From positions 38,254,001 through 38,318,000 of the forward strand of contig NC_043008.1 in assembly GCF_006345805.1 (NCBI RefSeq): a stretch of 64,000 bases of DNA. Reading direction: 5' to 3'. This document shows positions 38,472-49,620 of the stretch, piece after piece; position 1 is the first letter of the stretch; each line of letters starts with the position of its first letter. The notes below the pieces were generated by a model. That model did not search any database and was not told the DNA's origin. It saw only the letters and a program-made list of their open reading frames with translations. Source of the DNA: Octopus sinensis. Taxonomy: Eukaryota. Position numbers and translations under genes: made by a program.

Positions 38472-39094
38472 TGGCCACAGCTCGTGAGCTGAAACTAGAT
38501 AAAAAAAATAATAAATAAATAAAAAATATGTGTTTATATATGTATAAATATGCATCTACCTTTCTATATGTTATCACACACACACACACACACACACAAA
38601 TATACACATGTAAATGAATGCTGTATTCTTTCCTATTCATTTGTTGAATAATGCATTTTAGCATTTTAGAACCAAATATTATTCGCTGTATAAAATTGTT
38701 CAATAGTTTCTTTTAAACTTGCTGAAATCATATTTATGTCACATAGATGAAATTACTCAGTTTGGATATGAAATTCTTATAATACTTGCCAAATTGTTAG
38801 AAGCATTGCCAAATTTTCCGAACATGGAAAATGAAATATGAATCATTAGCTCAAAAAATATATAAGCAATATAGCTGTTTGATAAAAATATTGAAAAACC
38901 TTTTCTCCCCATATAAGAGTTTCTTTTGAATAATATAAAAAAATTGGATGGATGTTATTTGTGAGGTAAGTTGGCATGTAAATAATAGTTTTATTCATAT
39001 TTTAAATTTAAGGATGTTGTTCTGTTTTCTGAGTGTGGGAATCGGAATTTCTTGCTGATTACCAAAAGATTGTATATTTTATCTTTTTTTTATT

Positions 39095-39434
39095 CTATTT
39101 CATCTAGTTTCAGCTCTCAAACTGTGGCCATGCTGGGGCACCGCCATTTGGTGTTGCTACATAATTTTACTTCACAAATGCTTTTTAGCAATTGACATTT
39201 GGTGCATGAGAGAGTTTGATGCAGCTGCCTTCATCTGCATCTCCTGCTTCGAAGTTGGTTCATCTGGGACACCTAACAGGAAGAGGTCCAGCTTTATCTT
39301 AAAGACACCTACATCCACCCCATGCAGGTCTTTCAGTCCTTCGGGAGGATATTGAAGAGCTATGGACCTCTGAAGCCCAGGCTATTGCAGTATCTTGTCC
39401 TACATCTTGATGGCAAATTTGAAGTCCTTGGCAC
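39095..39434 (-). mobile_element. 3' end of a CR1/L2-group LINE (ORF2 C-terminus plus 3' UTR), 5'-truncated
   Basis: Minus strand reads RYCNSLGFRGP*LFNILPKD, then a frameshift, then LKDLHGVDVGVFKIKLDLFLLGVPDEP, matching the LFNxLP...FKxxLDxFL..VPDEP terminus. The 3' UTR ends ggcggtgccccagcatggccacag...ctgaaactagat. Short copies of this tail occur near 27040-27083 and 38470-38500. Confidence 0.75.
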
Positions 39435-39469
39435 ATATATATACATATATGTGGAATATATAAACATAT

Positions 39470-39693
39470 TCTTTTATTCTTTTATTTGTTTCAGTCATTT
39501 GACTGTGGCCATGCTGGAGCACTACCTTTAGTCGAACACTTCGATCCCAGGATTTATTCTTTGTAAGCCTAGTACTTATTCTATCGGTCTCTTTTGCAGA
39601 ACCACTAAGTTACAGGGACATAAACACGCCAACATCAGTTGTCAAGCAATGGTGGGAGGGACAAACACAGACACACAACATATACATTTTTAT

Positions 39694-39742
<49 letters not shown>

Positions 39743-39881
39743 GCTTCTTTCAGTTTCCATCTACCAAATCCACTCATAAGGCTATAGTAGAGGACACTTT
39801 CCTAAAGTCCCACACAGTGAGACTGAACCCAGAGCCATGTGGTTGGTAAGGAAGCTACTTACCACACAGCCACTCCTGCAC
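39470..39881 (-). mobile_element. SINE family B, full length
   Basis: Tail at 39470-39530, internal (TA)n, head ...ggttggtaaggaagctacttaccacacagccactcctgc. Confidence 0.85.
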
Positions 39882-39897
39882 CTAGATATATATATAT

Positions 39898-39951
<54 letters not shown>

Positions 39952-40369
39952 CACACACACACATACATATGTATACACACACACACATACATACGTATAC
40001 ACACATATGTGTATATGTGTGTGTGTTTATATATATATATGTATATATATCATCATCATCATCATTTAACATCCGTTTTCCATGCTGGCATGGGTTGGAC
40101 TGCTTGTATATGTACACACACACGCACACGCACACACATGTGTGTGTATGTATAACAAGAGATAAATAGGACTAATAAATCCAGGCAGATATCTTGAAAA
40201 CACTCAGTGTTATACATTATATATGTACATATATATATGTGTATATGTGTGTGGAGAGAGAGAGAGAGAAAATGAGAGAGGAAGAAAGAAACAGACAAAC
40301 AAATAGAGACAGACAGACAGGTAGGCAGACAAATGATCAGTCAGGCAGAGAGAGATAGAAAGAGAGAGG

Positions 40370-40414
<45 letters not shown>

Positions 40415-41227
40415 TTGTGTCTGGACATTGCTTTCAACAAATTGCAAAAAGTGTGAAAGCAGATTCCTTTACACCTGTCTATGAATATAGGTCAGCAAAT
40501 TTTCCAGATGTAAATAAAAGCAACGTTTTGTTTATGTCATTGAGAGAATATCTGCCATGATACCATAACATGTACAGATCAGCCTCCATGTGTATATTAT
40601 CAAACTTCTCCTTGCAAACTTAACAAACAGCAATTGAGCAAAAACAAGGGAAATGGTTGTAGTTTTAGTTGATATTGGTGATGCAATCATACAACTGACT
40701 GGAAATTGACCAGCTCTGAGATGGAAACCTGCCAAATCTATCGCAGCTTTTAATTGAACTCGAAATGACAAAAGTTACTGCCAGCCCAGAGTAAGCCAGC
40801 AGAAAATTCTTAAATATATCAAAATGTCACATAAAAATTAAAGATCAAAACATACCAGAGTCATAACCATTTTGTGCACTTAGCTCTCCTCTCTCTCACA
40901 CTCTATCTTTCTCATTTTCTCTATTTATTTCTCTCTCTTCATCTCTTTCACTTGCAAATAATCATTCTTCTATGTACACATTCTTTTTTTTTTTCCTTTT
41001 ACTGGTAATCCTTAGATTGTTATCTTCAGTGAACCACTGCACTAATAATATTTGATAGCCTTCATCACTTAGAGATCAAATCATGTTTCAAATAATCAAA
41101 TAATTCCTTACTAAATGGTGTGATTTACATGTCTAAAAATTGCTGAGTGTTTCATTAGCTTATAGTGTTGTTTAACTCTTTCTGCGAGGATAGATTAAAC
41201 AGGGATGAGTTCCAAATCAGAACAAGT

Positions 41228-41515
41228 GAAGGCACATGGCCTAGTGGCTTGAGCAGCAGACTCACGGTTGAGGGATCACAGGATCGAATCTCAGACCAGG
41301 CGATGTGTGTGTTTATGAGCAAAACACCTAAGCTCCACGTGGCTCTGGCAGAAGGTAACAGCAAACATCTGCTGACTCTTTCGCCACAACTTTCTCTCAC
41401 TCTTTCCTCCTGCATCTTGCAGCTCAGGTGGGGAACCTATACGCCAAGGAAACCGCCAAGGAAACCGGGAAACCGGCCCTTATGAGCCAAGCATGGCTCG
41501 AGAAGTAACAAACAA
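41228..41515 (+). mobile_element. tRNA-derived SINE family C variant with a different 3' half
   Basis: A box tggcctagtgg and B box ggatcgaatctc, then gagcaaaacacctaagctccacg shared with 17985-18010. The 3' part (ggaaaccg repeats) differs. Confidence 0.8.
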
Positions 41516-42165
41516 CTACAAATCAGAACAATTCATCAAATTTCCAGATCAACTGACTGCATTACATAGATCTTAGTTTCTCTTTTTATAACCTCATATC
41601 TATTCCTGCTAAGTAAAGATATTTCAATTCAAACTGCCCCCCTCCTTTTAGCTGTAAAGGACAACGATGCTCAATTCCCACAAAATACCAAAAAATTTTT
41701 AAAAACCTGAATAAAACCCCACTAAAAATTGATGAGATACACTATGTAATTGCGGTTTCTAAATGGCTCACAACTGTACACTTGTGTGCTACAAGGTGTA
41801 GTTAGAAGTCCCATGAAACTAATGATGTTATATACTACTTTTTATATAATTACATGAATTTTATTTAATTGTCTAAATTTGTAATGTGGGAAAAGACAAA
41901 CTGACACAATAAATACAAAATTTTGCTAATCATGCTACATTAATTAAATAAAGAAGCAAATTTGTCTGTTCGGTGATTCATTCATTTATTACAAACTAAT
42001 TTACTGTTTTAGCATGTGTTAGATTTGGACATTTTTGGAATAACATTTTTCAGTTGGATGCCCTTCCAGTTGCCAACCCTCACTTGTTTTTCAAGACAGG
42101 AATATCACTGATCTTACAAAGTGCAGAGCAATTAGTCAAAAGGCTAAAATTGCCACCCACCAGAC

Positions 42166-42258
<93 letters not shown>

Positions 42259-42607
42259 TCTATGTATCTATGTATATGTATGTATGTATATGCATGCATG
42301 TGTGTGTGCATGTATATGTGCATATGTGTGTATGTACATATATATATATATATACATATGCATATATTTGTATGTGTGTGTGTGATGACTTCCATCTAGA
42401 GCCATATCTTCCATTTCCACTCTCAAAGACATTCAAAGATAATAAAGTTCTATAGCAGAAGATGCTTACCCTAGGTACTGTAAAATGGAACTGAACCCAA
42501 AACCATATGGTTATCAAAAATCGCCTAAAAGACCACACAACCATGCCTGTGCTTAACTCTTAACCACATAGGCAAGCCTTAATTATTTTATTTTTAGATT
42601 AGATTAT

Positions 42608-43075
42608 TCATTATTTACATTATTTACATTTGATGAATATTTGTTCTCATCTTGTTTGTTGTTAACACGTTTCGGCTGAGATACCCTCCAGCCTTCATCA
42701 GGTGTCTTGGGGAAATTTCGAACATGGTTTCTCATTTCTAAGGTATTTTTTGATGTTATTATTATTAACCACTACGCCATATGCCCATATGGCATAGTGG
42801 TTAAGAGCACGGGCTACTAACCCCAAGATTCCGAGTTCGATTCCAGGCAGTGACCTGAATAATGATAATAATAATAACAATGATAATAATAACAACAACA
42901 ACAACAACAATAATAACATCGAAAAATACCTTAGGAATGAGAATCCAGGTTCAAAATTTCCCCAAGACAGCTGATGAAGGCTGAGGGTATATCTGCCGAA
43001 ATGTGTTAACAACAAACAAAAAGAGGACAAATATCCAGCAAATGTAAAAAACGTAAATAATGTAAATAATGTACA
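42608..43075 (+). mobile_element. tRNA-headed short retroelement with a hammerhead-like tail and an upstream inverted copy of the tail
   Basis: A box TGGCATAGTGG (42790-42800) and B box GAGTTCGATTCC (42833-42844), an (AAT/AAC)n linker, then a tail (about 42910-43075) whose reverse complement lies at about 42608-42764. Confidence 0.85.
42664..42706 (-). ncRNA. Minimal hammerhead-ribozyme-like motif, probably defective
   Basis: Minus strand GACAC-CUGAUGA-A-GGCUG(gagggtatct)CAGCC-GAAAC-GUGUU gives the canonical core, a 5-bp stem II and a possible stem I (GACAC/GUGUU), but no GUH triplet in that register. A more degenerate copy lies at 42966-43007 (+). Confidence 0.55.
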
Positions 43076-44246
43076 TAATTCCTTATCTCTTAAATCTAGA
43101 ACTGAAGATTATTCATGTTAATTAACTAAAATAATTAAACCCTGTTTTCCCCAGAGACATTTTGTTTTCTTTATACAGAATTTGAACCAAAACATTTTTG
43201 TTTGGTTTAGAGTGTGCCCCACCCAAACCACTTATTTACAGCGTTGTTATCAAATCTTATCATGGGTCAGTTAAGCAAGATACAGGTATCACTATTAATA
43301 GCATTACCAAACACTTGTAGGAACAATCAATCAAATGCTCATGCGTGTGTGTATGACAAGTGTCGTTGAATAGATTTACAATTGTAATTATTTCGTTTCA
43401 CTTATGTCTCCAATGCTCTTGGGAAAGGAATCAGCCTCACACCATCCAATTTCACAATAACCTATAAATTGTAAAGCCTTTTATTCATGTCAGAAATCAA
43501 TATTTAGCTATTCTGTTGTAGACAACTTAGTGGTTATTAGTAGTTACTAGTTACCAAATCTCAACAGTATCTCTCACTTTCTGTTCTCTTTAATCATGAA
43601 TTTTCGGGAATTGAAGACAAGTGTTAGCAATATTAACAATCAGTCAGCCTTTTGTAGCTATGGAAGTCCAAAAGAAGCGTATATGGTGGGTGAGGGGTTT
43701 ACTACCCTTTTCTAGCTAAACAGAGAAGTGACACGGCTGAGTGGTTATACTAATACTACTACCTGCTCAAAAGGTCTTTATTTTAAATTTAATGTTGATG
43801 TTTCTTTGTACTTTGAATAATACACAAACATTCACACATTCAAGTAAAACGACATTAGAGTCTGCCGTGCCATCTACAATAGAACTGCCATACTACTTGC
43901 TCTCGTATTTATCTCTCATCCACTTAATAACATAATATAGTTTTAATCATAGAATAGTTATCATAACTTTGTAGATATGCATGTTTGATTATAGACTCAC
44001 CTATTCCACTTCACTAATTTCTTGTATTTGTCATTTCAAATTAAAATGGTGTATAGACAGAGCCATTAAAATATTGAACAAAATGCCTTGGAGTAGTAGT
44101 TCTGAATCCTTGCATTCTAAGTTCAAATGCAGTACAAAACCAATTTTGCTTTTCATTCCTTTGGGTTGATAAAAAATGTACCCCTCTAAGGGCAGTAGGA
44201 AGCTTTGTAGTATTTTCGATGGCTTTTTGCATTATGACATCAATAC

Positions 44247-44328
44247 CTATAGGGGCACTGGTGGGAAGATTATATTGGCCTGAGTATAGAAGACAAAGTA
44301 CAAGGCTATAGAGGACAAATAGTGGCAT
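44247..44328 (-). CDS. Candidate signal-peptide exon, possibly the first coding exon of the IgSF gene
   Basis: ATG at 44328 opens MPLFVLYSLVLCLLYSGQYNLPTSAPI (27 codons + 1 nt), then AG|GTATTG. Phase 1 matches the 19088 acceptor. The donor is weak, so this is speculative. Confidence 0.25.
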
Positions 44329-45293
44329 GAAGAGCACAGGTTTGCATGTTTAGGTAATTGCCAGTCATCATCATCATTATCATCGTCGTCATCATCATCA
44401 TCATCATCATCATAGTCGTTGTCATCATCATCGTCGTCGCCGTCATTGTTTCACAGCTGACTTTTCCATGCTTTCATCAATCATTATAAGAGTGAAACAA
44501 CACCATGAAGGAACTGACATAAGCTTAAATAATAAACCATGATAGGTGAACCGCAATAGATGAACTTCAATATGGTAAGGGATCACTGTATAAATATAGC
44601 CTAAGAAAAAAACAGACCCTTCTAAGATCACATACTCTCAGCACACAAACGAAGACAAAGAATCATTCAGTAGAAATTCAGAAGTACAATATGATGCTTA
44701 CATTCTACTTTTCCTGTCGAAGCAGTTTTGTTTCTGTTCAAAAAAAGATATATGTGAAATCTAGCTACAAATGAAAAAATGCTAATTTAGACTAGAAAAG
44801 CATAATTTAGTTAACCTTTTGTTTTTCAAGACTTAGTTGAAATTATCTCACATGTATGTGCAGGCATGGCTGTGTAGTAAAAAGCTTGCTTCCAACCACA
44901 TGGTTCCAAGTTCACTCCTACTGTATTGTATTTTGACCAATTCATTATGAGTGGATATCCAAACCTGGAAGTACTCATAATACTACTGTTGGATAGCACC
45001 AGGTGAAATCTGATGGTGGACGAGCTTCACACTGTACTTTACTACATTCTTAACAGAATATACCATAACTACAAGTGTGTATATATATATATATATATAC
45101 ACACTTGTTGGCGATTTTTTTTCCTCCGTCTTCCCTTCCTTGGATCTTTCCTTTTTCTATGTTTCTGATGAAGAGTGCGCCACTCAAAACATTAAACACT
45201 CCTTCTTTCTTTCCTTTCCTAAGCGTCCAATAACAGTATACTTGTACCACGTCCTCACGTTGTTGTGTTTTCTCTTTGTGCTTGGATTAACTT

Positions 45294-45347
<54 letters not shown>

Positions 45348-46769
45348 ATAGTGTATGAAGCATACAAAGTGAGAAAACCACCATGTGGATTTCTTACATG
45401 TTAAAAATGGTGGTTTCCTCTCTATGTATTTTTCATACACTATTACATATGTATGTGTGTGTGTGTGTGTTTATGTCCCTGTAACTTAGTGGTTCACCAC
45501 AAAAGACTGATGCAATAAATGCAAGACTTAAAACAAAAACCCAATTTAATTGCTGATTTTGGTTCATTCAACTAAACATTTTTCAAGGTGGTGCCCCAGC
45601 ATGGCCACATCCTAATGAGTGAAACAAGTAAAAGATAGAGGATAAAAAGATGCAAGATAAGACCTCAAAGACTGGGGTTTTGGCATTCAAGATGACAGGG
45701 AAGATTTGGTGAGATGTTTTAACTGCAGATAATGATAGGAGCTTGTATAGCGTTAAAGATAATCTTTTTTGAAGTCTCTTATTATTTAGTTTAAGGCAGA
45801 TTGAAGATTTTAAGCTAAAGAATTTTTTTTTTTTTTAAAAAGAAGAAAAGTAGCATGAATTCTTATCTGTGCTATAGAATTTGGAATTTAAAAAGTGAAG
45901 TATTATTTTTGTTCAACTAAAATATCCGCGGAATAATTTTATCTAGATCCTGATCTAAGATTTATAAAATATTAAATGACCACTTGTTAGAATCACAAGA
46001 AAATAAAAATGTAGAATATTTGGAGATTCTTTCGTACTATTGACATTTCTTTCAACTACAGAGCTGTGCCTGATGTAAAGTTGTAAGCAAAAAAAAAGAA
46101 AGAAAATAATAATAATAATAATAATAAATAAAAGAAACAAGTGAAAGAAAACTTGTTGATGATTACCAAATGTTTGTTTATTTGTTTTCTTATAATTAAT
46201 TAACCATAATTATTTCACAGATGTTTGTCTCCAAACACTGCTATAATCATTAATTTTGATTTAAAAAATTTAACATAGATTTTATTATTATTATTTTAAA
46301 AAAAATACTATTTAAGAGACATGGGAAATTGTGAGAGACTGATCAATGATGTTGATAGCAAAGCGAGTTGTTGTTATATCCACTGATTCTCAGCGAAATT
46401 AAGTATTGAAAAATTGATGCAACGAACTGAAAAGATTATTCTTGAATTGGCTTGGGTCCTCTCGATGAACTTTGAAGTCACTTATCATAAAGATCAGAGC
46501 CAGACAGTCTAACTAAAATGTATGAGTTTGCAAAGTGGAGAAAATTGATTGAATGTGATGGTTTAGAAATAGAACAACAATATAATATAAGTCTATGGAG
46601 TTTTAAAGGTAGGAATGTCTGATTTTTCACATCATAATGGCATTTCAGAATTTACAGATTTCAGATAATTTTCTACAACTCCATGAGTGTGCAAGCATAA
46701 TTGAATTGTATTTATAGACACTAAGTGACTATAAGTAGTCATCAGTTTGAAATAGATTCATACACACAC

Positions 46770-46961
46770 ACATATATATATATATATATGTATGCATGTA
46801 TGTATACATATATGTGTGTGTGTATAGATGAATATAAACATATAAGTGCGTTTGTGTGCATGTGTTTCCAAATCATGAACACATATACATTTGTACAATT
46901 TTATAGCTAATAATAGACTGTTGTGTGTGTATACATATATACATACATACATAAATATATG

Positions 46962-47029
<68 letters not shown>

Positions 47030-47104
47030 CATATATATATATACATACACACATATATATGTATATATGTATACATATATATATGTATGCATATATATGT
47101 ATGC

Positions 47105-47147
<43 letters not shown>

Positions 47148-47355
47148 CATATATATATATTTATGAATGTATGTAAATATATCCATCATGCATAAATGCC
47201 ATATATGTACAAATATGGAAGCAAGATGTATGGAAAGGTTTAGGAAAGTTATAACATGCGTGGGCGTAAGTGTGATTGTGTATGTATGTGCGTGTGTGTG
47301 TGTGTGTGAGTGTGTTAATGTCTATGTTTGTGTTTGTGCATGTGTGTATGTTTGC
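46770..47355. repeat. (TA)n/(TG)n compound microsatellite
   Basis: Direct reading. Confidence 0.9.
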
Positions 47356-47613
47356 ATGTGCAAATCTCCATTTAGGTGTACTCTAAGAATATCGTAAAAG
47401 TCGAACATTTGAAAACAATGTAGAATAAAGAGATGTCAATAACAATATTAATAAATGCTTTATACATTTATGCCAGTATATAATATCAATGAGTCAGATC
47501 TCCACCTCGGTGTTTGATATTTGCTTAAAGTTATTTCATATTATTTAGACCAGTGGTTCTCAAATTGTGAAATATTAGCGTCACCTCAAAGAAAAAAAGA
47601 AAAAAGAAAAACA

Positions 47614-47787
47614 GCATGGCTGTGTGGTAAGAAGCTTGCTTCCCAACCACATGGCTCTGGGTTCAGTCCCACTGCATGGCACCTTAGGCAAGTACCTTCT
47701 ACTATGGATATGAATTCAGGATGACCTTGTGAGTGGATTTGATAGGCAGAAATGGAAAAAGTCCATCATATATATATATAGTCCATC

Positions 47788-47824
<37 letters not shown>

Positions 47825-48045
47825 ATATATATGTGTGTATTGTCCCCCATCACCATACTTGACAACTGGTGCTGGAGTGTTTGCATCCTTGTAACTTAGC
47901 AGTTTGACAAAAGAGAACTGATAAAATAAATACTAGGCCCAAAGAAAGACAAGTACAGGAGTTGATTCATTTAACTAAAAATTCTTCAAGGCAGTGCTCC
48001 AGCATGGCTGTAGTCTAATGACTGAAACAAGTAAATGATAAAAAG
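47614..48045 (+). mobile_element. SINE family B, full length
   Basis: gcatggctgtgtggtaagaagcttgcttcccaaccacatggctctgggttcagtcccactgc...gcagtgctccagcatggctgtagtctaatgactgaaacaag. Confidence 0.85.
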
Positions 48046-49239
48046 TCAAAGACAAATTCTTTGCTCCTTCACCATCATTATCAATGAGAATGCAAAACAG
48101 AGTTTGGTTTCCGTATAATTTTTCAAATGAGACACCACTGACTTTGGTCACAAAAACCTAATGAGGGGGCTTCAAAATTCAAACTTATGTTCCTGCCTAG
48201 ATTAATATGAGACTTTGCTTTTCAATCAGAAATCAACATTATGGTACTTGAATGCTTTGCAGATATGATACTACTTCAAGACTCAAAGTTTTGAACTATG
48301 ATATTTAGTTTCATTCTTCCCCAAAATGAATCTGATTCACACAGAGGTCACTTTTACATTTCATAGCCGTTGGCATGAAATGCATAATGCTGTGCTTTCA
48401 TTAGTGTGCTTTAACCTAGAGCAATCTTCACAGCAAGACTAAGTGTACTATTGCCACTTTTACATGCTCTTGTTAAAATGGGTTTTACCCCAAAGCAATT
48501 TAACTGAAAAACTGTTTTACATACACACAATGAAGAATGCCATATGCTGTCTGCTGTAACTGATTCCTAACATCTACAGCAGTCAGTTCAACAGACCAAA
48601 TATTTACCTTACAAAAACCGATCTCATAAAAAAATCAGAAGAGATCAAATCAATATTATAAAGCCAAAGTAATAATGGCTGTAAGTGACCAAGTTTTCTT
48701 AGCTTTTCATTCCTTCTAGGCAATGAAAACAAATACCATATTCTAGAGTGTTCTTCAGTGATGGCGCATTATAGGTTTCTGCACCTATAAAATTCATCTT
48801 CATGGTGCAGGCTTGAGCAATTTTTTTCTTTTTGCTTTAATATATATTTATTGATTTCTATTTGTAAAAGAGGAGCAGTTACTCAACCATGCTAGTTTCC
48901 CCCTCTCTGAGCCTCCAGTGATGTCTGAAGGAAAAATAAAGTCGATGGTATTAGACACAAGTAGCACCACCAGGTATTGCTATTAGTATGTAAAGAATCA
49001 GAACATACCACAAAGCACCTTGTCCACTGCATTACCAGTTCTACCAATCCACTGCCCCACATTGGGGCTATTTTATTGGCCTCAAAGATATGGAAGGTAA
49101 AGTCGAACTCATTGGTATTTTAACTCAATGTACAGAGAGTTGGAACAAATAACCAGAGGTAATCTAGCTGACATTCTAACAACTCTCCCTATAAGTCGTA
49201 ATCAGTGAATTACTAAAGTCAATCAAGTTGCTATCTTTT

Positions 49240-49443
49240 GGCTTTAACTTGTTTTGGACATTAGTCTACGTCCATGCTGGGGCACCACCTTGAAGGATTT
49301 AATTTTAAACAGTCAATCCCTAGTAATTATTTTTAAAGCCTAGTATTTATTCTCTTTTGCAAAACCACTAAATTAGAGGACATGAACAAACCAACACCAA
49401 TTGTCAACTGGTGGTGGTTGACAATCACACACACACACACACA

Positions 49444-49475
<32 letters not shown>

Positions 49476-49620
49476 GATGATGGGTTTCTTTCAATTTTCA
49501 TCTCTCAAATCTACTCACATGGTCGTGGCCAACCCATGGCTATAGTAAGAAACACTTGTCCAAGATGTCACACAGTGGGACTGAACCCAGAACCACGTGG
49601 CTGGAAAACAATCCTCTTAC
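49240..49620 (-). mobile_element. SINE family B copy
   Basis: ccatgctggggcaccacc tail, (CA)n, head gtgggactgaacccagaaccacgtgg. Other fragments lie near 24490, 42440, 44865, 45470 and 57060. Confidence 0.8.

Noticed and set aside
42790-42856. Possible genuine tRNA gene (likewise 17892 and 41228)
   Set aside because: A and B boxes are present, but I could not form an acceptor stem, and each head runs into repeat-family body sequence, as expected for SINE heads.
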